Positions 9,286 to 19,029 of a DNA stretch of 64,000 nucleotides are shown piece by piece. Position 1 is the stretch's first letter. Each line of letters opens with the position of its first letter. The notes beneath the pieces are model-generated. The model saw only the letters and a list, made by a program, of their open reading frames with translations, did no database searches and was not told the origin of the DNA. This DNA is from Deltaproteobacteria bacterium. GTDB lineage: Bacteria > Myxococcota_A > Polyangia > Polyangiales > Houyiibacteriaceae. The position numbers and the translations under genes were made by a program. The stretch is taken from NCBI GenBank assembly GCA_034670305.1, contig JAXMNT010000038.1:14178-78177 (forward strand), in the 5' to 3' direction.

Positions 9286-9984
9286 ATGGCGCGCCGCACT
9301 CGAAAACTCAAACAGTTGGACCTGCAGTTTCGGCAGTGGGGTGGTCGACGGGCAGGCGCGGGTCGCAAGCCCAAGGGAGAACGGGCAGGCGTGCCGCATC
9401 GCCGGAGGTCGGCCATTCAGAACCGGCACCCCGTGCATGTGACCATCAAGGTCGCGAAGGACCTACCGAACCTGCGCCGCCGCGACCTGAGGGCGGTCTG
9501 CTTTGCGGTGTTGGAAGAAGCGGCCGAGCGCCACGGCATGCGCATCGTTCACTTCTCGATTCAAAGCAATCACGTGCATCTCATCGTCGAGTGCAAAGGC
9601 ACGACGGCGCTGCAACGCGGCATGAAAGGTTTGCTCGTTCGGCTGGCCAAGCGGCTCAACAAACACCTCGGCCGGCGCGGACAAGTCTTCCCCGACCGCT
9701 ACCACGTCGAGCCGCTGAAGACGCCGACCCAGGTCCGCCACGCGCTCCGCTACGTGTTGAACAACGCCCGCAAACACGCGGGGGCCCGCAAGAAGATCGA
9801 CGCCCACTGGGTGGATCCCTGCTCCACCGCGCACACCTTCGACGGTTGGAAGTCGACGCCAAAGTGCCCTGGGAACTGTGATCGGGCCCCGAGGATGCCA
9901 AGAGCCGGCACCTGGTTGCTCCGGGTCGGATGGAGAAAGCGCGGGAGGATCCCGATCGACGATGTCCCCGGCCCTCGCGGCTGA
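9286..9984 (+). mobile_element. REP-associated tyrosine (HUH/Y1, RAYT-like) transposase
   Basis: HPVHVT; HUH motif SNHVHLIVE; GQVFPDRYH; catalytic-Tyr region ALRYVLNNARKH. Confidence 0.88.
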
Positions 9985-9987
9985 CCA

Positions 9988-10258
9988 AGCTTCAAGCGCA
10001 GCCACTTCTCGACCACGCCGAGCCCAGTCCTGGCGCTGTGCCTCAACACAGAGCCGGGCAACGAACGGCGCCGCTTCGAACACGGCAGTTCAATGCGGTG
10101 CAGCAGCATGCTGCATTGGCAAACAAGCACCCTCGAACCGCCGCTGGTTCGGTCCGTTCAACCAAACTCCTGCGCGCCGGAACCCCGCCTCCCTACTGGC
10201 TAGGCCAAGAGATCAAGGCCACCAACCCACAACAGGCGACTGCGCTGGCCAGTGAGCT
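9988..10258. repeat. Right arm of long imperfect inverted repeat flanking the transposase
   Basis: Reverse-complement similarity to ~8965-9240. Confidence 0.8.
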
Positions 10259-10288
10259 GCGCTCGTCCGCGACATTCCCGAGACGCGT

Positions 10289-11149
10289 TCAGCCTTTGAC
10301 GCCGCCGGCGCCGAGGCCGCTGACGAGGTGGCGCTGCAGCCAGTAGAAGAGCGCCATCACCGGCACGCTCACCACCAGCGCGCCCGCTGCGAAGAGGCCC
10401 CACTCGGCGTCGTGTTCTTTCACGTAGCGCTGCAGCACGACCGGCAGGGTGAAGAACTCTTCGCGGTTGAGGAAGGTCGCGGCGAGAATGAACTCGTTCC
10501 AGGCGGTCATGAACGCGAACAAGAACGTGACCGCGAGGGCTGGGCGGGCGACTGGCAAGACGACACGCACGAACGCGCCGAAGCGGGTCGCGCCATCGAC
10601 CATGGCGGCTTCTTCGAGGTCGTGCGGGATGGTGTCGAATGCGCCTTTGAGCTGGAAGATGGCGAAGGGGACCGCGCTCGTGGCGTACACGAGCACCAGA
10701 CCCGACCGGCTGTCGATGAGCCCCAGTTGATCGAGGATCAGGTAAAGGGGAATCGCGGCGGCCACACCCGGAAACATCTGGGTCGCCAGCAGGGTGATCA
10801 TCGTCGTCTTCTTCCCGACGAATCGAAACCGGCTCATCGCGTAGGCGGCCGGCGTCGCGATCATCACGGCCACGAGCGCAGTGGCGATGGAGACCACCGA
10901 CGAGTTGACGAGCTGGCGCACGAAGAGCCAGCGCCCGTGGTCGTCCGAACGTGTGACAACGGCCTCGAGATGGTCGAGGGACGGGTCGGTTGGCCAGGGG
11001 ACCGCGCCCGGACTCGCGACGTCGCTGGAGGAGAAGGCGAGGGCGACGACCCAGAGGATCGGGTAGAGCGCGAACCCAACCGCAGCGATCAGCAACGTGT
11101 GCGAGACGATCGACTGCAGCGGCGTGGGCGGCCGAGTGTTCGGGGTCAT
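10289..11149 (-). CDS. Sugar ABC transporter permease (MalG-like)
   Basis: EAA loop DLEEAAMVDGAT; FMTAWNEF; hydrophobic helices. Confidence 0.9.
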   Translation of the reverse strand: MTPNTRPPTPLQSIVSHTLLIAAVGFALYPILWVVALAFSSSDVASPGAVPWPTDPSLDHLEAVVTRSDDHGRWLFVRQLVNSSVVSIATALVAVMIATPAAYAMSRFRFVGKKTTMITLLATQMFPGVAAAIPLYLILDQLGLIDSRSGLVLVYATSAVPFAIFQLKGAFDTIPHDLEEAAMVDGATRFGAFVRVVLPVARPALAVTFLFAFMTAWNEFILAATFLNREEFFTLPVVLQRYVKEHDAEWGLFAAGALVVSVPVMALFYWLQRHLVSGLGAGGVKG

Positions 11150-13311
11150 GCCGGCGCCGCCTTGCGAGACGCACCGAAGAGGCGGGTCGAGACCAACAGG
11201 ATGCCGAAGATCAGCACCGCGTACGCGGCCGCATAGCCGTACTGGCTGCCGCGCGTGAAGGCCCAGCGGTAGGCCTCGGAGACGAGGATCTCGGTGCGGC
11301 CTCCGGGCTCGCCGGCGCTCACCAGGAACACGACGTTGAACATGTTGAAGGTCCACACCGCGCCCATCGCGACGGCCGGTCCGAGGGCGGGGCGCAGCAT
11401 CGGCAACGTGACGCGCCGGAACTTCTGCCACGAGGTCGCGCCGTCGACCTCCGCCGCTTCGTAGAGTTCGTTCGGGATCGAGGTGAGCGCGCCGAGCGTG
11501 ACCACCATCATGAACGGGAAGCCGAGCCACACGTTGGTGGCGACGTTCGCCGTGAACGCGGTCGACCACTGCGCGAACCAGCTCACCGGTTCCACGCCGA
11601 GCCCTTCGAGCATCGCGTTGATGGCGCCGAGTTGCCGGTGGAACATGCCCTTCCACGCGAGCGCGGTGACGTAGCTCGGCACCGCCCATGGGAGGATCAG
11701 CACGACGCGGTAGAAGCCGCGCAGCTTCAGGGTCGGGCGGTGCAAGAGCAGCGCGAGCGCCATGCCGATCCCGAGGTGGAGCGCGATGTTCACCACCGTC
11801 CAGAGCACGGTGACGAGCAGCACCACGTAGAAGGATCGGCGCCCGAGCAGGTCCCCGCCGCGCGCGGAGAGGATGTCGACGTAGTTCGCGAACCCGACGA
11901 AGTGCATGTCGGTGCCGCGTCCGGCAAAGAGCGACGCGCCCGCGCCGACCAGCAGCGGAAGTAGGACCAGCAGACCCACCGCGACGAACGCGTGGATCAA
12001 GTAGCGGTAGGCCGGCATGGAGCGCCGGATCGCGACGCGGGTCTCCGGATCCTGCAGCCGGCGGACCCAGACGAAGACCACGAAGAGAAGAAATGCGCCG
12101 AGTGCGAGCAGGGTCGGGGTGGGGCTGACCGCTTCTGGCATGGGGCGGGTCGCGTCTGCAAAGTCGGCGGCACCGTCGGCGAGCGCGGCGTCGATGGGGG
12201 TGCCCTGGCGCAAGGCCGAGAGCAGCGCACCGCGCGCCGGCTCGAACACCTGCCGCATGCGCGGATGGGTGGGCATCGGGATCGCAGCCGCGGCGGCGCT
12301 GCGGAAGGTCGCGAGGACCTCGTCGTCGCCCCGCTCGCCCGCGAACGCCACGACCTGCCGACCGACGCGGGCACGGATTTCGGCACCGACCGGTCCAGCC
12401 AGAAACTCCGCCAGCGACCGCGCCTCGGGGCGTTCGGTGTGTGAGGTGACGAACGCGGCTTCGATCGTCGAGAAGGGCTGCACGGCGCCGCCCGATCGCA
12501 GCGGCGGCATCGGCACGACGCGCCATTGGAGATCCTCCGGCAGCCCGGGCGCCATCCAGGGACCGCTGATCGCAGCGGCGGCTTGTCCACCCGAGAACAA
12601 ACGCGAGACCAGTTCGCCGTTGGCTTCTTCGGGGATCGATCGTGCCCGCACCGCGTCGCGCACGAACCGGACCGTCGCGTGCGCGGCGTCTCCGACGAAG
12701 CCGTAGGTGCCGTCGTCGTTCAAGAGGCGGCCGCCGTGCGCATGCAGCAGCGCGGCGACGTAGTACGCATTCTCCGCTTCGAAGACGAGCGGGTAGGTCG
12801 CGTCGCAGGCGCTCGGTGTTTCGAGCAGGGCCTCGAAGGTCGCGGGCGCGGCGCCCGGGTAACAGGCCCGGTTCAGGTAGACCGCGGCGGTCTTGGTCGC
12901 GAGTGGGATCCCGTAGAGCGCGCCCCCATCGGTGAGCGCGGAGAGATCCTCCGCCGAGAACGACGTGACGTCGCTGCCTTCGATCGGCGCGATCAGGCTG
13001 CGCTCGAGGTAGCTCGCGAGCCGTTCGTGCGCGTCGATGAACACGTCCGGGCCCTGGCCGGTGGGGATCGCGCTCTCGAGTTTGGAGCCGTACGCGCCGA
13101 ACGCGTTGGCGAGGATCTCGACCTCGATGCCGTGCGCCTGCTCGAACGCACGGGCGGCTTGGCGAATGGCGTCTTCTTCCGCCCCGCCGTAGGCGTGCCA
13201 GAGTTTCAGTGGCTCTTGCGCGTGCGCTTCCGTCGCTCCCAAACTTGCGATGGCGGCCACGCACGCGCGAACGAGCCAGCGCAGCGCGCGCTCCCGGAAA
13301 GCGGTGGTCAT
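11146..13311 (-). CDS. Sugar-binding protein fused to ABC permease (MalE-MalF-like)
   Basis: N-terminal LKLWHAY...GPDVF...ISGPW binding-protein domain; C-terminal LILPWAVP, WLGFPFMM, ELYEAAEVDGA permease domain. Confidence 0.88.
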   Translation of the reverse strand: MTTAFRERALRWLVRACVAAIASLGATEAHAQEPLKLWHAYGGAEEDAIRQAARAFEQAHGIEVEILANAFGAYGSKLESAIPTGQGPDVFIDAHERLASYLERSLIAPIEGSDVTSFSAEDLSALTDGGALYGIPLATKTAAVYLNRACYPGAAPATFEALLETPSACDATYPLVFEAENAYYVAALLHAHGGRLLNDDGTYGFVGDAAHATVRFVRDAVRARSIPEEANGELVSRLFSGGQAAAAISGPWMAPGLPEDLQWRVVPMPPLRSGGAVQPFSTIEAAFVTSHTERPEARSLAEFLAGPVGAEIRARVGRQVVAFAGERGDDEVLATFRSAAAAAIPMPTHPRMRQVFEPARGALLSALRQGTPIDAALADGAADFADATRPMPEAVSPTPTLLALGAFLLFVVFVWVRRLQDPETRVAIRRSMPAYRYLIHAFVAVGLLVLLPLLVGAGASLFAGRGTDMHFVGFANYVDILSARGGDLLGRRSFYVVLLVTVLWTVVNIALHLGIGMALALLLHRPTLKLRGFYRVVLILPWAVPSYVTALAWKGMFHRQLGAINAMLEGLGVEPVSWFAQWSTAFTANVATNVWLGFPFMMVVTLGALTSIPNELYEAAEVDGATSWQKFRRVTLPMLRPALGPAVAMGAVWTFNMFNVVFLVSAGEPGGRTEILVSEAYRWAFTRGSQYGYAAAYAVLIFGILLVSTRLFGASRKAAPA

Positions 13312-14444
13312 TCCTGTTCGGAGCCGGTCGCGTCGCCGCCAGAGTCGCTGCTTGAGCTCGGCGCTTCGCCGCCGGAGTCGTTCCCCTCGTGCCGCAGCCC
13401 GGTCTCCGGATCGAAACAGTGGAGCGCCGCTGGGTCTGCGTGCAGACGCAGCGTCTCGCCGGCTTTGGGCCGCTGCTCTCCTTCCAGCCGGGCCACGAAA
13501 GCCTGACCGCCCACCGTGCCGTGTGCGTAGGTCTCGAACCCCATCGCTTCGACGACGCGCACTTCGAGTTCGAGCGCCGCGCGATCCGAGCTGTCCTCCG
13601 ACTCGGCGAGCCGCACGTCGTGGGGGCGGATGCCGAGGGTCTGCGGACCGGACAGCCGCAGCTCGAGCGGAAGGTCGACGCCTTGGGCGCGCGCCCGGCC
13701 GTCCTCCACGTCGACCTCCAGAAAGTTCATCGCCGGGCTGCCCATGAACCCAGCGACGAAGCGGGTGCGCGGCCGTTCGTAGATGTCGAGTGGCGCGCCG
13801 ACCTGTTCGACCACGCCGCGGTTCAGCACGACCAGCACGTCCGCGAGCGTCATCGCTTCCACCTGGTCGTGGGTGACGTAGACCATGGTCGCGGCGAGCT
13901 CTTGGTGCAGCCGCTTGATCTCCACCCGCACCTCGGCGCGCAGCGCAGCGTCCAGGTTCGAGAGCGGTTCGTCGAAGAGAAAGAGACTCGGCCGCCGCGC
14001 GATGGCCCGCCCCATCGCGACCCGCTGCCGCTGGCCGCCGCTGAGTTCGCGCGGGTAGCGTGCGAGCAGCTCGCCGAGTCCCAGCAGCCCGGCCACCTCT
14101 TCGACGCGCGCGTCGATCGTCGCGCGCGGCGTCTTGCGCAGCTCGAGTCCGAACGCGAGGTTCTTGCGCACGGTCAAGTGCGGGTAGAGCGCGTAGCTCT
14201 GGAAGACCATCGCGACGTCGCGGTCTTTCGGGGGCGCTCGGGTGACGTCGCGTTCGCCGATCTGGATCTTGCCTTCGTCGACTTGCTCCAGCCCCGCGAT
14301 GGTGCGCAAGAGGGTGCTCTTCCCGCAGCCGCTCGGACCCACGAGCACCATCAACTGGCCATCCGCCGCATGCAGGTCGATCCCCCGCAGGACGGGCGTC
14401 TTCCCGAACTGCTTCTGGATCCCCGCGAGTGTCAGGTCGGCCAC
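13308..14444 (-). CDS. Sugar ABC transporter ATP-binding protein (MalK/UgpC-like)
   Basis: GPSGCGKST, LSGGQRQRVAMGRA, FLFDEPLSNLDA, YVTHDQVEAMT. Confidence 0.95.
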   Translation of the reverse strand: MADLTLAGIQKQFGKTPVLRGIDLHAADGQLMVLVGPSGCGKSTLLRTIAGLEQVDEGKIQIGERDVTRAPPKDRDVAMVFQSYALYPHLTVRKNLAFGLELRKTPRATIDARVEEVAGLLGLGELLARYPRELSGGQRQRVAMGRAIARRPSLFLFDEPLSNLDAALRAEVRVEIKRLHQELAATMVYVTHDQVEAMTLADVLVVLNRGVVEQVGAPLDIYERPRTRFVAGFMGSPAMNFLEVDVEDGRARAQGVDLPLELRLSGPQTLGIRPHDVRLAESEDSSDRAALELEVRVVEAMGFETYAHGTVGGQAFVARLEGEQRPKAGETLRLHADPAALHCFDPETGLRHEGNDSGGEAPSSSSDSGGDATGSEQE

Positions 14445-14540
14445 GGCGCGAGGTGTACCGGACGAAGTCGCGGGGGCCAACACCTGTTCCCATCGTCCGA
14501 CCCTTGGAGGCTGGGCGCGGATGGAGTACAGCAGGAGGCC

Positions 14541-15026
14541 GTGACGTTTGTTTTCAAGAGCCTCTTCAGCACCTCCGTTCCTTCGCTCTTTGCCGCGGTG
14601 CTTTCGGGAATCGCAGTCTTGGTCGCCGGATGCGCAGATTCCTCGGTCCGGGTCCCCGGCGACCCGTGCCTGAACAGCGCCGACTGCGCCGAAGAGGACG
14701 CCTGCTTCGAGACCCGAGGCTCTGGCGACCCCGTCTGCATGGAGACGTGCGACGAGACGACCCGACTGTGCGACACGGTGGACCGCGAAGTCTGCCTCCC
14801 CGGCCCCAGCGGCACGCGTGTCTGCTACATCGGTGGCGACCTCCCGTTGAACGCAGATTGTGCCGACGGCGGGGACTGCGATGTGGGTCTCGTGTGCGTG
14901 AACGCCAACGGGGAAACGAAGTGCAAAACCGCGTGCGACACGAGAGTGGGCAACTGCGGAGACCTGACGTGTCTGGTCGTCGGCGCGGAGCCGGCGGGCT
15001 ACTGCGGACTCCCGCCTGCCGAGTAA
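14541..15026 (+). CDS. Small Cys-rich lipoprotein
   Basis: GGAGG RBS before GTG; lipobox LVAGC; many Cys. Confidence 0.7.
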   Translation: MTFVFKSLFSTSVPSLFAAVLSGIAVLVAGCADSSVRVPGDPCLNSADCAEEDACFETRGSGDPVCMETCDETTRLCDTVDREVCLPGPSGTRVCYIGGDLPLNADCADGGDCDVGLVCVNANGETKCKTACDTRVGNCGDLTCLVVGAEPAGYCGLPPAE

Positions 15027-15033
15027 GGGCCCT

Positions 15034-15450
15034 GTGACCTACCGGACCTCCCTCAAGGTGCGCTTCGGAGACGAAGACCACGCGCGGATCGTCTACTTTC
15101 CGCGGTTTCTGCACTTCTTTCACTGCGCCTTCGAAGACTTCTTCGGCGACCACGGCCATTCGTACCGGAAGGTGCTGGACGAAGACGGGTTCGGCTGGCC
15201 CGCCGTGCACGTCGACGTGGATTTCCAGAGTCCGCTGCGTTTCGGCGACGTCTTCGACATCGATGTCTGGGTCGAGAAGGTCGGCCGGAAGTCGGCGACG
15301 TTCCGATACCGCGGCCGGTGCGAGGGGCGGGACGTGGCCACGGCGACCATCGTCGTGGCCTGCATCGACATGAAGAAGTTCGTCGGGGTGCCGATCCAAG
15401 AGCCCTACCGGACCCTGTTCGAGAACAACCAGACGCCGCCCCAGGACTGA
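15034..15450 (+). CDS. Acyl-CoA thioesterase (4HBT/hotdog family)
   Basis: VRFGDEDHARIVYFPRF; DFQSPLRFGD. Confidence 0.88.
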   Translation: MTYRTSLKVRFGDEDHARIVYFPRFLHFFHCAFEDFFGDHGHSYRKVLDEDGFGWPAVHVDVDFQSPLRFGDVFDIDVWVEKVGRKSATFRYRGRCEGRDVATATIVVACIDMKKFVGVPIQEPYRTLFENNQTPPQD

Positions 15451-15558
15451 GCTTCCGTCCAGCCTTCCGCGCAGCCTTCCGCCCAGCCTTCCCCCCAGCC
15501 TGGGCTCTGACGCGGCGCGTCGAGAAAAGACCGAGTGATCCGGACGGGTGTGCCGGGT

Positions 15559-16251
15559 ATGCTCCGCGGCATGTCGATGGCACAAGCGGCGCTCGATGCA
15601 GCGCGCGGTTACTTGAAGACGCACCCCGAAGAGATCGGTCGCGCCATGCGCAACGCGCTCGGCCTCCGGGTCGGTGTCCCGATCAATGCACTGCGATGGC
15701 TCGGCCGACAGGCGGAGAAGTCCGGCAAGGTGGAGGATCTGAAGATCGATCCGACCCCGCCCGGGATCCGCGTGGGCGCCAGCATCGATCTGATGCACAC
15801 GCCGATTCGCGCGAGCGCGATCATCTTCATCGACCGCGTGGTCTTCAACGAAGACGAACTCACCGTCGCGCTGCGACTCGAAGAAGTGTCGCTCAAGCTC
15901 AACGGCGAAGCCGAGACGCCGGTCGCCGCGCTCATCAAGAGTGGCGCGCTCGATCTGAGCCGGCCGGGCACGTTGCTCAACTACATGCCGAAGCGCAGCC
16001 CGGTGATCGCCGAGGCCTCGGACAACCGCATCACGCTCGATCTGATGCGGGATCCCAAGATCGCGAAGAACAAACTTCTCCGGAACGCCATTGGCGCGGT
16101 GACCTCGTTCTTCACGTTGCAGACGATCGCGACCGACACGAGCCACCTGGACATCTCGTTCCGAGCGTTCCCTGGCGGCATCCGCGGCGCCGCCCGTTCG
16201 GTCCGCCAGCACGTGCTCCTGCCGTCGATCGGCAAGATCCTCCCCGGCTGA
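15559..16251 (+). CDS. Hypothetical protein
   Basis: Protein-like composition and gene-like codon usage; no recognised motif; start uncertain. Confidence 0.65.
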   Translation: MLRGMSMAQAALDAARGYLKTHPEEIGRAMRNALGLRVGVPINALRWLGRQAEKSGKVEDLKIDPTPPGIRVGASIDLMHTPIRASAIIFIDRVVFNEDELTVALRLEEVSLKLNGEAETPVAALIKSGALDLSRPGTLLNYMPKRSPVIAEASDNRITLDLMRDPKIAKNKLLRNAIGAVTSFFTLQTIATDTSHLDISFRAFPGGIRGAARSVRQHVLLPSIGKILPG

Positions 16252-16284
16252 AGTCTCGCGAAGCGAGCCAGGCCCGTAGTGCTA
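16252..16284 (+). repeat. Dispersed ~33 bp REP-like repeat, copy 1
   Basis: AGTCTCGCGAAGCGAGCCAGGCCCGTAGTGCTA; recurs at 28674, 38527 and 60550 (reverse). Confidence 0.8.
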
Positions 16285-16294
16285 GACTAGAAGC

Positions 16295-18103
16295 GTGAAG
16301 GCGCTCATCAAGGTCGGCTACGCCTGCAACGACCATTGCGGCTTCTGCCACACGTTGCACGTGCGCGACGTGCAGGGCAGCGCCGACGAAGTGAGCGCGA
16401 AGATCGTCCGGGCGCACGAGCTCGGCCACACGATGATCGTGCTCAGCGGCGGTGAACCGACCATTCGGCCGGAGCTCCAAGCGTGGGCACAGCAGTCCGC
16501 CGATCTCGGCATGGACTTCGGGCTCGTGACGAACGGTCGCATGCTGGCGTACCCGGAGGTCGTCGACGCATTGATCGAACGCCGACTCAAGTACGTCTAC
16601 CTCTCGCTGCACGGCGGCACCGACCGGGTGCACAACCTGATGGTGCGGAGCCATGCATTCGAGGAGACCTACGGTGCGCTCGCGAACCTCACCGGACGCG
16701 GCATCGACCTGCACATCAACTGCGTCATCACCAAGCAGAACATGAAACATCTGCGCGGCGTGGTGGACGCCTGCCTGCCTTACGAGGACGCGCAGGTGAA
16801 GTTCTCCATGGTCGAGCCGAAGGGCGGCGGCGATGTGCTCTTTCACCGATTGATGCCGCGCGTCGCCGAGGTCGCCGGCCACGTCCGCGATGCGCTCGCG
16901 TACGCGGCGACCAAGACCGCGGGTCGACCGGGACCGACGTTCGCCCACGGCGCGATCCCGCTCTGTCTCATGCCGGGCCACGAAGCGGCGTTCGACGACC
17001 TCAAGACCCATGCGTTCCGGACCATGGTCGAAGTCGGCGAGACGGACTTCTTTCCGGTCGACGACCTGAACAAGGTGCAGCCGCCCGAGAAGTGCGGGTC
17101 CTGTTCCCTGCGCGGGCCGTGTCCAGGTCTTTACAAGGGGTACGCGGAGTCCTTCGGGAGCGACGAGCTCATCCCGCGTGCCGAACCGGAAGTGTCGGTG
17201 CCGCGGGGCAACAGCTTCAACTTCGTCTTCGTTCGGCGCTGGGCCACCGAGGTTCCGTGCGCGCTGCGCGACGCGGAGCTCGGTGTCACGCCCTGGGACC
17301 GCGGCCGGGATCTCTTCGTGCGGCACGACGGCAAGCTGGGCCTGTACCGATGCGAGAGCCGAGACTTCTCCGACGTCGACATCGCGCACATCAAACACGA
17401 CCTCGGTCAGATCTACGTGGACGCGTCCCGTGGCAAAGCCGCGCCGGACGACTTCGCGAAAGACCTGGTCAAACTCCAGCGCTCGAGCACCTGCGAAGGC
17501 TGTTCGTTCGAAGCCACCTGCACCGGCATGTTCGAGCCGGTGTTCGAAGACGTGTTCACCCGCGACGACCAGACGATCCGCGCGCTGCTCGAGACCGCCA
17601 CCGGCGACGTGCTCGACCTCGGCTGCGGCGCCGGTCCTTACGCGGCGCTGCTCAAACCGCGGGTCGCCGAACAGCAGCTCTCCTACGTCGGCGTCGACCC
17701 GGACGAACACGCGCTCGGCCGCGTGCGGGCGGAGTGGCCGGACGTCGAGTTGCTCGCGGCCGAGGGCGAAGACCTCTCTCCCCTGGGCGAACGCACGTTC
17801 GATCGCGTGTTCGTACTCCGCAGCTGGAACCACCTGCACGACCCCGACGCGGTGCTGGTCGAGGTGCTTCGGCACTTGCGGGAGGACGGAGAGCTCGTCG
17901 TCTCAGACGACGTCGCGTTCGGACTCGCCAGAAGCGCGCCCCAAGCGAAGGTCGGCGAACGCGAGGGGGCGTTTGAACACCACCGCAACGATGGGCTCGA
18001 CGCCTGCGCACGGGTGCTCGAGCGACACGGCCTGCACGTGTTCGAGCGCCACGACGTCGAGCGCCAGACCAGCAACCGCTGGCTCCTGCGCGCCCGCCGC
18101 TGA
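16295..18103 (+). CDS. Radical SAM enzyme fused to class I SAM-dependent methyltransferase
   Basis: CNDHCGFC (CX3CX2C), SGGEPT, two auxiliary CxxCx5CxG motifs, VLDLGCGAG. Confidence 0.88.
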   Translation: MKALIKVGYACNDHCGFCHTLHVRDVQGSADEVSAKIVRAHELGHTMIVLSGGEPTIRPELQAWAQQSADLGMDFGLVTNGRMLAYPEVVDALIERRLKYVYLSLHGGTDRVHNLMVRSHAFEETYGALANLTGRGIDLHINCVITKQNMKHLRGVVDACLPYEDAQVKFSMVEPKGGGDVLFHRLMPRVAEVAGHVRDALAYAATKTAGRPGPTFAHGAIPLCLMPGHEAAFDDLKTHAFRTMVEVGETDFFPVDDLNKVQPPEKCGSCSLRGPCPGLYKGYAESFGSDELIPRAEPEVSVPRGNSFNFVFVRRWATEVPCALRDAELGVTPWDRGRDLFVRHDGKLGLYRCESRDFSDVDIAHIKHDLGQIYVDASRGKAAPDDFAKDLVKLQRSSTCEGCSFEATCTGMFEPVFEDVFTRDDQTIRALLETATGDVLDLGCGAGPYAALLKPRVAEQQLSYVGVDPDEHALGRVRAEWPDVELLAAEGEDLSPLGERTFDRVFVLRSWNHLHDPDAVLVEVLRHLREDGELVVSDDVAFGLARSAPQAKVGEREGAFEHHRNDGLDACARVLERHGLHVFERHDVERQTSNRWLLRARR

Positions 18104-18146
18104 GCGGCACCCGGAACTCTGGCGCCCGGGCGCTGTCGTACCGGGC

Positions 18147-18776
18147 GTGCGCTTCATCGGGTTCGCGGTTGTCACGACATTGGCCATGCTCTTTTGGGCA
18201 TCCGGCACGAATGAACGCGCGCTCGAAGCACGGGAGTCCGAGTTCGGCGGCATCCAGCCCGGCGACTTGGTCTTCCAAGATCTCGAGTGTGGGCTCCGCT
18301 GCGCACTCATCCGGCGCATGACGCGCTCGCGCTACACCCATGTGGGCATCGTTCTGGAAGAAGACGGCGAGCGGGTCGTGTGGGAGGCCTACGCGCCGGT
18401 CGGTCACGTGCCGCTCGCAGAGTGGGTCGCGCGCGGGAGGCAGGGGCTGTTGGCCGTCTACCGTCCGAGCGGCGCCTGGGATCAGGACCGGGTCGCGGCG
18501 GAAGTGCGCCTTCAGGCCGGCCGTCCGTACGACGGCGACTATCAGTGGGACGAAGCACGGATCTACTGCAGCGAGCTCATCGCGAAGGCCTACGAACGGG
18601 CTGCGGGTGAGTCCGTGTTTCCGCCGCACACGGTCGACCTCGGACAGGAGGCGCCCCGCATCGCGCGGCTGACCGGTGGGCGGCTCACCCCAGAGACGCA
18701 GATGGTCACGCCCTACGATCTGACCCAGCACCCGGGCATCCGGCGGGTCGTCGATCAGCTCGCCGACGATCGCTGA
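18147..18776 (+). CDS. Permuted papain-like amidase (YiiX/YebB, NlpC/P60 superfamily)
   Basis: GDLVFQ, SRYTHVGIV, GRPYD, IYCSELI. Confidence 0.85.
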   Translation: MRFIGFAVVTTLAMLFWASGTNERALEARESEFGGIQPGDLVFQDLECGLRCALIRRMTRSRYTHVGIVLEEDGERVVWEAYAPVGHVPLAEWVARGRQGLLAVYRPSGAWDQDRVAAEVRLQAGRPYDGDYQWDEARIYCSELIAKAYERAAGESVFPPHTVDLGQEAPRIARLTGGRLTPETQMVTPYDLTQHPGIRRVVDQLADDR

Positions 18777-19029
18777 ACACCATACGCGAAGCATGACCGG
18801 TCGGTCCGGAAGCGCCGCCGTGCGTGTGGCTTCTCACGGGGGTGTTCGGCCACACCGACCAGAAACCGCGACGATCGCGAACCACCGTCAATCGCGGGCA
18901 ATTGTGGGCTTGTCCGGACCTTGCACACCGTTCGCACGCGTTGCTAGGGTTCCGCCGCGACGTGTGTCTCGGTCGGTCGTGTGGTCCGCCCGATTCATCC
19001 CTTCGCAACTTCTGGAGGCCTTGCTTCGC

